The translations under genes and the position numbers were made by a program. The notes under the pieces were generated by a model that searched no databases, was not told the DNA's origin, and worked only from the letters and a program-made list of their open reading frames with translations. DNA of 64,000 nt from an uncultured Gammaproteobacteria bacterium (lineage in GTDB: Bacteria; Pseudomonadota; Gammaproteobacteria; UBA9214): the NCBI GenBank assembly GCA_963827755.1, contig CAWHCQ010000035.1, forward strand, positions 62,368 to 126,367, read 5' to 3'. This document shows, piece after piece, positions 43,165 through 51,526 of the stretch (its first letter is position 1; each line of letters begins with the position of its first letter).

Positions 43165-44883
43165 TCAGCTGTATCCACCCCACCAGGCCAGCATCAGCCC
43201 GAGCAGCAGGAGAAATACCAGCACGTTGCGCCAGCTGTCGAGTCCGGATTCAATCCGCTCGATCACCCTCCAGCCGTTCACGGCAGACCAGGTGCACCTC
43301 AAGGAGGCCTGGCAGGCCGTACGCCAGAGCGGCAGGCGCATGCCGAACAGGCGCCGCCCGTAATCGAGGATCGCGTGCAGCCCGTTGCTGACGGGCACCA
43401 GCAGATCGCCCGGCGGGAGCACGGGCAGTGCCGGCATGCAGCGGGAAACGCTTAGCCAGGCGGTAAATGCGGCAGCCGATAGCGTAACTACGGGAAGACG
43501 GAATTGTGCAAGCGACAGTCCACCTAGGTTGTCGACCGCGGCCAGCAAGGCCGCCGCCGTCAGCGTCCCGATCATCAGCAAGGCCATGAGCGCAGCAGTC
43601 CGGGCGTCTTGCGACCCGGCATCCCTGCCCGTGCCCGCATACCCGGCACCCGCGCTGCGCGAACCTGCCAACAGGCGGCCGCGCACGACCAGAAAGGTGA
43701 TTGCCGCCATCAGCGCGTGCATCTGCAATGCCGCCGCGGCGTCGACCGGCAGCAGGAACCCGGCAATACCCGCGGGCGTGACAGCGAGCAATAATGCGGC
43801 GAGCCACATCGCTACAGCTGAGAGCCGACGCCAGCCCGGCGAAAGGGACGCGGCCGCATGCTGTGGAAACAGCAGCAAGGCGCCCAGGGCGAATCCGGAC
43901 TGCAGAACGGCAGCCGCCATCACCTCCTCGAGCCCCTGCCAGGCCTGCGGAAACTGCAGGGCCGATGCCAGCGTCGCCAGCCAGAAAGCGCTCAGCGCGA
44001 CAGCCGCACAGGCCAGCAGCGAACGAAAATGTATCTGCAGCAGTCCCGCGAGCACGGCATATCCCAGCGCGATCCAGACCAGCCACTGCAACACGCTGCC
44101 CGCAGCACTCCAGTGGAGTTCGCCAAGCGGCAGCAGCCGCAACCAGCCCAGCAGCCCGGCCGTGAACATGAAGGCGACCAGTGCGGGACGCAGCGCCCGC
44201 GCCGCACTGACAAACACCGGCGCCAGCCAGAAATGCACACCGACAACACCCGCCTTGATGCCGAAACCGGCAATCAACAGTACGAGTATCAGGCCCTGGT
44301 TGTCAGCGCCCAGCAAGGCCTGGCGCAAGGACGCGAATTCCATACTTCCCGAAAGCTGTCCCAGCAGCAGCAACAGCTCGAACACCAGCAGATCACTCGC
44401 CACAAGCAGCACCGCCAGCACCCTGCCCGCTGTTTGCGCTGTGCCACCGGCGTCATTCACCAGCAAGCCGTACAGGGCATAGCCTGCCAGCGTGGCCGCG
44501 GCAAAAAACAACGGGGCATCGCCCGCCAGCACCAGACCCAGTGAACCCGTCATGGCCAGCAGCTGCAGTAGAGCGCTGCGGCCGGCAGCGGCGTCCTGCC
44601 GTCGCATTCGACCGAGCAAGCCGGTCACCAGCCAGAGGCCGGCGCCCAGCAACAGGAACACCCGCCCTGCCGAATCCAGCACCAGCGCACTGTCGAGCAG
44701 GACACCGGGGAGCGGCAGCCGTGCATCGGCAAGCACCAGCGCAGTCACCAGTGCGGGCAATGCCGCCCAGGGTACGAGTCTCAGGCTCAGCGCACGCGTC
44801 GCGCCAACAAGCAGCCCTGCGGCCAGCAGCAACGGCCAGGTCACAACCAGCAGCAACACCGCGGGATTCGAGAGCAGGTTCAT
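43165..44883 (-). CDS. MrpD/NuoL-like proton-conducting membrane subunit, degenerate (third copy)
   Basis: Very hydrophobic; GFGIKAGVVGVHFWL and AGLLGWLR retained; ATG 44883 overlaps the upstream stop (ATGA). Confidence 0.8.
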   Translation of the reverse strand: MNLLSNPAVLLLVVTWPLLLAAGLLVGATRALSLRLVPWAALPALVTALVLADARLPLPGVLLDSALVLDSAGRVFLLLGAGLWLVTGLLGRMRRQDAAAGRSALLQLLAMTGSLGLVLAGDAPLFFAAATLAGYALYGLLVNDAGGTAQTAGRVLAVLLVASDLLVFELLLLLGQLSGSMEFASLRQALLGADNQGLILVLLIAGFGIKAGVVGVHFWLAPVFVSAARALRPALVAFMFTAGLLGWLRLLPLGELHWSAAGSVLQWLVWIALGYAVLAGLLQIHFRSLLACAAVALSAFWLATLASALQFPQAWQGLEEVMAAAVLQSGFALGALLLFPQHAAASLSPGWRRLSAVAMWLAALLLAVTPAGIAGFLLPVDAAAALQMHALMAAITFLVVRGRLLAGSRSAGAGYAGTGRDAGSQDARTAALMALLMIGTLTAAALLAAVDNLGGLSLAQFRLPVVTLSAAAFTAWLSVSRCMPALPVLPPGDLLVPVSNGLHAILDYGRRLFGMRLPLWRTACQASLRCTWSAVNGWRVIERIESGLDSWRNVLVFLLLLGLMLAWWGGYS

Positions 44884-46378
44884 CGCGGATAGAACTCGCG
44901 TGCCGCGATAAGCTTTGACCACGCCAGCGGGCTGAAAGGCAGCATGGCCAGCAACCCAAAGCCCAGGGCCAGGACGGCCGTCACCACTGGCGGTAACAAC
45001 AGCATCCAGGCGGTTTCCCGGCGGCCGAAATCGCGTTCATGCGGCCAGGCCTGCGGCGGATCCCGAAACCAGGCCGCGTGCAGTATGGGCAGGAAGTAGG
45101 CGGCGTTGAGCAGGCTGCTGCCCGCCAGCACGAAGATTACCCAGCCCTCACCCGCCTCCAGCGCACCCATGCCCAGGTACCACTTGCTGATGAACCCGGC
45201 GATCGGCGGCGCGCCCATCATGCCGAAGGCGCCCACGGTAAAGGCCGCCATGGTCCACGGCATACGCCGGCCGACCCGTTCATCTCGCTGATCTTGTGGA
45301 TCCCCAGCGTCTCGGCCAGGTTACCTGCACAGAAAAACAGGGTGATTTTCATAACGCCCTGGTGCACGAGGTGCACGACGCCGCCAATCGCCGCGACGGG
45401 CCCGGCGACGGCGACGCCCAGGGTGATGTAGGACACCTGGCTGACCGTCGAATAGGCCAGCCTGCGCTTCAGATCATCCTGGAACAATGCGCGCACTGAA
45501 CCGTAGATAATGGTGAATGCGGCCAGCCACGCCAGCGGAGCGGTCACACCGAGTCCATCGGCAAATTCAACCCCGAACACCTCATAGACCACACGCACGA
45601 TACCGAATGCGCCCGCCTTCACCACGGCCACCGCGTGCAGCAGGGCACTGACCGGCGCCGGAGCGACCATCGCTTTTGGCAACCAGCCATGCAGCGGCAC
45701 CAGCGCCGCCTTCACACCGAGGCCGGCGATCAGCAGGGCGAAAATGATAACCAGCGCGGGACGATGCTCTGCACCGAGCTCATTGAGAAATCCCCGCGGG
45801 GTGAACTCCAGGGTGCCGGTCAGGCTGTACAGCCACACGGTTCCCAGCAACAGCAGCGCGCCACCAAAAACCGTATAGCGCAGGTAGGACTGCCCGGCGC
45901 GGCGGGCCGCTTCGGTACCGCGATGCACGACCAGCGGATAGGTCGCCAGGGTCAGCAGTTCGTAAAACAGCAGGAAGGTGATCAGGTTGCCGGCCAGCGC
46001 CACGCCGACGGTGGCGGTGACGCACAGGCTGAAAAAACCGAAGAAGCGGCTGCGATGCGGTGAACCTTCAAGGTAACCGATGGCATAAACGGTGGTGACC
46101 AGCCAGAGTACCGTGGACAGGGTGACGAACAGCAGGGCCAGCGGGCCGGCGCGCAGCACCAGTTCCAGGTCGGGCAACAATGCCAGCCGTGTTTCGTAGT
46201 GATGTCCCGTGTACACACCCCAGAGCATCCAGCCAACCAGTATGAATTTGACCAGCGCACCCCCCAGGTTGAGCAGCGTGCGCGTGCGCACCCGCTCTTC
46301 CGCCAGGGCGAAGATGATCAGACCCGGCAGCAGCGAACTCGCGACCACCAGCAGGGGAATCCATGCATCCCAGTTCAC
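44880..46378 (-). CDS. mrpD: Mrp antiporter D-family subunit (MrpA-N-like, SALLHA); frameshift near 45270
   Basis: FYELLTLATYPLV, GVKAALVPLHGWLP, SALLHAVAVVKAG, LAYSTVSQ, HQGVMKITLFF, GFISKW. Confidence 0.88.
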
Positions 46379-47839
46379 GGGCCGTCACCGCGGCGCCGAA
46401 CACATCGCCGATACCCAGCAGCGCCAGCAGCGGCACGGCCAGAAATCCGAGCAGGATGGCCGCCAGCGCCAGCAGCAGCGACGCCCATTCCATGCTGGCG
46501 GGCACCGCACGCGGCGCGTGCGTTTCATCCGCCTCGGTGAAGGCACATCCCAGCACCCTGAAGACGTAGGCCGCCGCCAGCAGGCTGCCGAGGATCAGCA
46601 CGGCGGCCAGTTCCCAGCGCCCCTGCTGCCATGGCCGCCTCAAGCAGCAGCCACTTGCCGATAAAACCGCCGCTCGGCGGCAGTCCCATGATGCTCACCC
46701 CGGCCAGCGCGAAGGCGCCCGCGGTGAGCGGCAGACGCTGCACCACCCGATCCAGGTCCGCGATGCGGTCATGCCCGCCGAAGCGCAACAGGTTGCCGGC
46801 CGCCAGAAACATGGCCGCCTTCGCCAGCGCGTGCGAAAGCACCAGGTAGGCAGCCGCGCTCCAGGCCGTGACACCGGCCGCGACGGCAAGCGGAAACGCA
46901 AGAAACAGGTAGCCGATCTGGGCGACCGTGGAATAGGCAACCAGCAGTTTCAGCCGGGTCTGACGCAGGGCCTGCAGGGAACCCCAGAGGACGGCCGCAG
47001 CACCCGAGCAGACCCAGCAGCAGACTGACGAACTCGGCGCCGAGGGGCGCGAAAACTGTCAGCCACAAACGCAGCAGGATATAGAACGAGGCCTTCACCA
47101 CCAGCGCCGACAGCAGTGCACTCACCGGGGCCGGGGCACTGGCATGGGCGGGCGGCAACCAGAAGTGCATGGGGAAAAGCGCGGTCTTCAGCAGCAGGCC
47201 GGCAGTCATCAGACCCAGTGCCGCCCAGGCCACCGGCACCGCCTCGACCCGCGCGGCAAGCAGCGCGATGTCGACGCTGCCGAAGCCGTGATAGAGCAGC
47301 GCCACACCCAGCAGGTAGAGGAGCGAACCCAGCAAGGTGGCCAGCAGGTAGCGCATCGCCCCGCCGAGCGCATTGCGGCTGCCGGTCAACGCCGTCAGCG
47401 ACACTGCCGCCAGGCCCATCAACTCCAGGGTGACGTACAGATTGAAAATATCAGCCGACAGAAACAGGGCATTCAGCGCACCCAGCAGCAACAACCACAG
47501 CGGCCAGAAACGGCTTGCCTGTTCGCGCCCGAAATAACCCGTCGAGTAGACGCTGACTGCCAGTCCCACCAGGGCGGTGGCCGCGAGCATCAACAGGCTC
47601 AGGCCATCGGCATGCAGTTCAATGCCCAGCGGTGCGCCCCAGCCGCCGACCGCGTGGTGAAAGACGCCGTGCTGCAGCAGTTGCCAGCCAAGACCTGCCA
47701 CCGACAGGACCATGCAACCGGCCACCAGCAGGCCGAGCACATTGGCCACTCCCGGCCAGAGGAAACACAGCATCCCGCCCGCCAACGGCAGCAGGATCAG
47801 GACCATGGCCCAGGGAAACTGCGTGCCCATGGTTTCCAT
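46375..47839 (-). CDS. mrpD: Mrp antiporter subunit D; frameshifts near 47000 and 46630
   Basis: GGWGAPLGIEL, DIFNLYVTLEL, LKTALFPMHFWLPPAH, SALLSALVVK, SHALAKAAMFL, GLPPSGGFIGKW. Confidence 0.88.
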
Positions 47840-48155
47840 CAGTGCGGATCGCGCTGATCATCGGGTAGCCTTGCGCTGCCGGTTTCCGCGGTCAGCTTCA
47901 ACATCAACGCAAGCGCCAGAGCGGTCGCCGACACGGCAACGACGATGCCGGTAATGACCATGGCCTGGGGTATTGCGTCCGGCACCCCTTCCGCGCCCTG
48001 TTCTGCCAGCGCCACGAGCAGCAGGAAGACCCCGCTGCCTGTTACATTGATGGCGAGAATCTTGCGCAGCAGGTGCGCGTGGACGATCAGTGCGTACAGA
48101 CCCAGCGAAACAAGCCCGACTCCCGCCAGCGCATACAGTGACGGCAGCAGCTCAT
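47839..48155 (-). CDS. mrpC: Mrp antiporter subunit C; frameshift near start, absent from ORF track
   Basis: Manual translation: YALAGVGLVSLGLYALIVHAHLLRKILAINVTGSGVFLLLV...DAIPQAMVITGIVVAVSATALALAL; ATGA and TGATG overlaps with its neighbours. Confidence 0.85.
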
Positions 48156-49114
48156 TCGTTTTTCACCGCCGACGGGCGTCCGCCGAGAAACAGCGCCGCC
48201 AGGGTCACGCCGATCGACAGCGTTGCCGCGGCCTCGAGAAGCAGGATCAGCAGGCCCGCCTGCGCCGGCGGATATTCCAGCAGGTGTCCTTCAAGCAGCA
48301 GGGTGACCACGGCCATGGCTGTGAAACCAAACGAACCTGCCACCAGCACCAGCCGCAAGGGCAATGCCACCAGGCCGGTGTGCAAACGCCAGCCGGTCAA
48401 CAGCAGCAGCACCCCCGCGGCACCCAGCACCGATCCCGCCTGAAAGGCACCGCCGGGTGCGTGCGCGCCAACCCACAACAGGTAGGCCGCCACCATGAGC
48501 AACACCGGCACCAGCAGGCGTGACAGGGCATCCAGCACGGAACCCGGCAAACCCGCGCGCGCCACTGCCGCCGCGCCGAGCGACCAGACGCCGAGCAAGG
48601 CCAGCAACAGCACGATCATCTCCAGCAGCGTGTCGTAAGCGCGGAAGTTGAGCAGCACCGCCGTCACCGGGTTGATCACTCCGCTGGCGTCGAGATTCAA
48701 GGCGACCAGCGCAGCCGGTCCCGTCGCAGCGGGCACCAGCGTCACGACCACGTAGCCGAGCCCGGCAGCCAGCAGCAGCAACACGCACAGCGGCAACCAC
48801 TGCGTGCGCGCGCCTCCCTCGCCCGTCCTCCCCGCCTGTGCGGGAGCGGCCGCCTGCGTTTCTGCCGTGCGCAATTTCGCCAGCGCCGCAAGCAGCAGGG
48901 CACCGGTCAGCCCGGCGCCGATGGCCGCCTCGGCCAGTGCGATATCCGGCGCGTCCAGGCGCACCCAGGCGAGCGCCATCAGCAGTCCGAAGGCCACGAA
49001 AAATACAATCGCCTCGAACAGGTCCGGGCAGGACAGTGCGCGCCACGCCAGCCACAACAGCCCGATGCCCAGCAGGCTGTCGAACATCCACTGCAACAGG
49101 GCTAGCGCTTCCAC
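48152..49114 (-). CDS. mrpB: DUF4040/MbhD-MrpB fusion subunit
   Basis: LDAPDIALAEAAIGAG, INPVTAVLLNFRAYDTLLE, GAHAPGGAFQAG; likely GTG start at 49114. Confidence 0.85.
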   Translation of the reverse strand: MEALALLQWMFDSLLGIGLLWLAWRALSCPDLFEAIVFFVAFGLLMALAWVRLDAPDIALAEAAIGAGLTGALLLAALAKLRTAETQAAAPAQAGRTGEGGARTQWLPLCVLLLLAAGLGYVVVTLVPAATGPAALVALNLDASGVINPVTAVLLNFRAYDTLLEMIVLLLALLGVWSLGAAAVARAGLPGSVLDALSRLLVPVLLMVAAYLLWVGAHAPGGAFQAGSVLGAAGVLLLLTGWRLHTGLVALPLRLVLVAGSFGFTAMAVVTLLLEGHLLEYPPAQAGLLILLLEAAATLSIGVTLAALFLGGRPSAVKNE

Positions 49115-49405
49115 GGCTGCACACCCCGCTGCAACGCGCCCCTGGCGACCAGGTGGGCAACGCTGGCCCCGGCCAGCAAGACGAGAACCCAGACCAGCAA
49201 CAACTTGCCTGCCGCCGCCCACGATTCCGCCTGCAGCACCAGCCCTGCGACCACCAGGCCCAGGCCGACATTGTCGGCCTTGGTCAGGGCATGCAGACGG
49301 GTGTAGACATCGGGAAAACGCAGCAGCCCGACGGTGCCCGGCCAGAAAGAACACGGCGCCGGCGATCAGCAGGGCCGCGGAGAGGTAATCAACGGGAGTC
49401 AGGAT
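49102..49405 (-). CDS. mrpG: Mrp antiporter subunit G; frameshift near 49340, start uncertain
   Basis: GAVFFLAG, then in the shifted frame GTVGLLRFPDVYTRLHALTKADNVGLGL. Confidence 0.8.
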
Positions 49406-49667
49406 CTTCCTCCTCTTCCGGCCAGGCGCGCCGCACAAAGGCCACCGCCGTCACCGCGGCCAGCAGGGCGAACACCAGCGCCACATCCAGCAGGGCCGGA
49501 TTGCCGCTTGCCTGCGCCAGCAGCAGCAGGATCGCCACGGCGGTGGTGCCGAACAGCTGCGCGGCCAGCATGCGGTCGGCGGCCGTCGGGCCGCGCAGTA
49601 CGCGCCATATTCCGGCGCCGAGATTAAGCAGCAGGAACAGCGCCAGTGCGGAGTAAAGGATCTCCAC
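49389..49667 (-). CDS. mrpF: Mrp antiporter subunit F
   Basis: RVLRGPTAADRMLAAQLFGT, LLDVALVFALLAAV. Confidence 0.88.
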   Translation of the reverse strand: MEILYSALALFLLLNLGAGIWRVLRGPTAADRMLAAQLFGTTAVAILLLLAQASGNPALLDVALVFALLAAVTAVAFVRRAWPEEEEDPDSR

Positions 49668-49673
49668 GCGCCT

Positions 49674-50654
49674 TCAGTCTTCCAGCGTGACCGGCGTTTC
49701 GAAACCGGGCGGCTTGACGGCAAGCACGGAGCAGTCGATCTGGTTAAGGATCGTCTCCGCCGTATTGCCCATGAGCAGCCCGGGAACGCCGGTACGACCC
49801 ACCGTGCCCATGACGACGAGATCGGCCTTGATCTTCTTGGCCAGCAGCGGAACTTCCTTGCGCGCCCAGCCCTTCACCAGGTGTTTGCGGGGCTTGAGAT
49901 ACTCGACGGCTTCCGCTCCCAGGTTAGCGGTCATCTCGCCGGTGAGCGAGTCCAGATTTTTCTGGTGCTGCTGCTTCACCTTCTCGACGTAGGCAATTAT
50001 CTCCTTTTCCGGCGTATTGATAAACGCGCCGCGCATGGCACTCTCGCCGATCGCATGCCAGGCGTGCACGATATGCAGTTCGGAAAAATCGGACAACGCA
50101 AGGGAACTGGCCATGTCGAGCACCTGCCGGTTCAGCGCGTGTCGCGATTCGAGCTCATCCGCCGGGTAGGCCGTCTCGACATCCACCGCCGCCAGGATGC
50201 AGCGATAGGCTTGCGGCGCCTGCGCCTTGACCATCCATACCGGGCAGGGGCACTTGCGCAGCAGGTGCATGTCATCGCTGCCGAAAAACCGGTCAAGCCA
50301 GTCCCGGGTTTCGGGTACCTTGATCACCAGGTCGCGTTCGTTGCGCAGGACCTCGCGAATGACTTCCAGAAACGGCACGCCGGTCAACACCCTGGTCTCG
50401 ATATCGATCCGTGCGCGGTAAGGCCCGACCAGGGTTTCCAGCTTCTCCTCATGGGTTTTCACCAGAGCGGCCTGCAGTTGTGCTGAAATAGGCCCGCCCG
50501 GCGGCATCCCGATGCCGGCGACGACCCGCTCGGCGACACTGACGACCGTCAGGCTGGCCTGGTTGTTCTCCGCCAGCGAGACGGCACGCTCAAGCGCAAC
50601 CCCGGAGTTCTTTCCGGACTCCACCACACAAAGAATATCGTTGAATCGCTTCAT
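49674..50654 (-). CDS. tandem-domain universal stress protein (UspE-like)
   Basis: LLRKCPCPVW, DLVVMGTVGRTGVPGLLMGNTAETIL, CSVLAVKP. Confidence 0.92.
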   Translation of the reverse strand: MKRFNDILCVVESGKNSGVALERAVSLAENNQASLTVVSVAERVVAGIGMPPGGPISAQLQAALVKTHEEKLETLVGPYRARIDIETRVLTGVPFLEVIREVLRNERDLVIKVPETRDWLDRFFGSDDMHLLRKCPCPVWMVKAQAPQAYRCILAAVDVETAYPADELESRHALNRQVLDMASSLALSDFSELHIVHAWHAIGESAMRGAFINTPEKEIIAYVEKVKQQHQKNLDSLTGEMTANLGAEAVEYLKPRKHLVKGWARKEVPLLAKKIKADLVVMGTVGRTGVPGLLMGNTAETILNQIDCSVLAVKPPGFETPVTLED

Positions 50655-50655
50655 T

Positions 50656-51146
50656 TCACTCTCCTCTTGAGGGTGCAGGCAGGACAGTGCCGAACATCGC
50701 GGCGATACCCTGCTCGACCACCTCTATCTCCGGCAGGAAGTCCTGGCGTGCATCGAGCACGTGCACTTTCAGAAACGTCGCGCCGATTTCGGCACTCAAG
50801 GTGCCCGGCAACAGGCTGATCGTGTTGGCCAGGAAAACCCGTGGCAGAGCCCGGCGGCAGCCGCACCCTGTAGCTGATAATATCCGGCGCAATCGGCATG
50901 CCGGGATGCAGCGCGCGCCAGGCCACGTCCGCGCCCCCAAGCAGGGAGCGCGTGAAAAAAAAGGGTACGAACCTGAGCAGCGGATACCAGGCAAACGCTG
51001 TCGACGGCAGCAGCGCGACACTGGCAGACAGCGCAAGCAGCTATTGCCGGCACACCGATCCACCAGGAGGCTGCGTCACCGGCGGCGAGTATCCACCAGA
51101 TCAGGGTGAACACCAGGGCCCGCGACAATATGGTCGACACGTTCAT
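50656..51146 (-). CDS. mrpE: Mrp antiporter subunit E; frameshifts
   Basis: LIWWILAAGDAASWWIGVP, DVAWRALHP, FLANTISLLPGTLS, VHVLD. Confidence 0.82.
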
Positions 51147-51199
51147 GTTTTCAATCATCTCGTCCATAAGCACAACCCGGGTTTATCTGTGCCGGCTTC

Positions 51200-51526
51200 T
51201 CGGCCCGCCTGCCTGCTGCGGTCTGGTAACCTCGGCGGGGCCATGCGCCGTTACGGCAATTCGACTGTATAGCCCACGTTCCGCAAACCGTGGGTAAGCG
51301 CCTGGCTGAGTGAATCTCGTGCACTGTGCTGACAATCCATCTGGCGCGAGTATAGGGCAGCGACGCTATAAAATCCGGATCTTCGGCATCGCCGTACATG
51401 ACCGGATGTTTCATCGCGTCGCCCGAGCGCACCAGCTCCGGATTGTGATCGATACCGATTACCCGGTGGCCGCACTGGCGCAGCACCTGGGCAATAGCGG
51501 TTCCGAACAGGATGGGCATCAAGCAT
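51200..51526 (-). pseudogene. TrkA-N/RCK domain remnant, probably from a Kef-type CPA2 antiporter whose membrane domain was deleted
   Basis: FGTAIAQVLRQCGHRVIGIDHNPELV...YGDAEDPDFIASLP...WIVST; the N-terminal beta-strand and GxG of the Rossmann motif are missing. Confidence 0.65.

Noticed and set aside
48152-49438. 428-aa ORF suggesting an MrpG-MrpB fusion
   Set aside because: A frameshift near 49340 puts the mrpG 5' end into the mrpB frame; the true MrpG sequence continues in another frame and stops at 49102.
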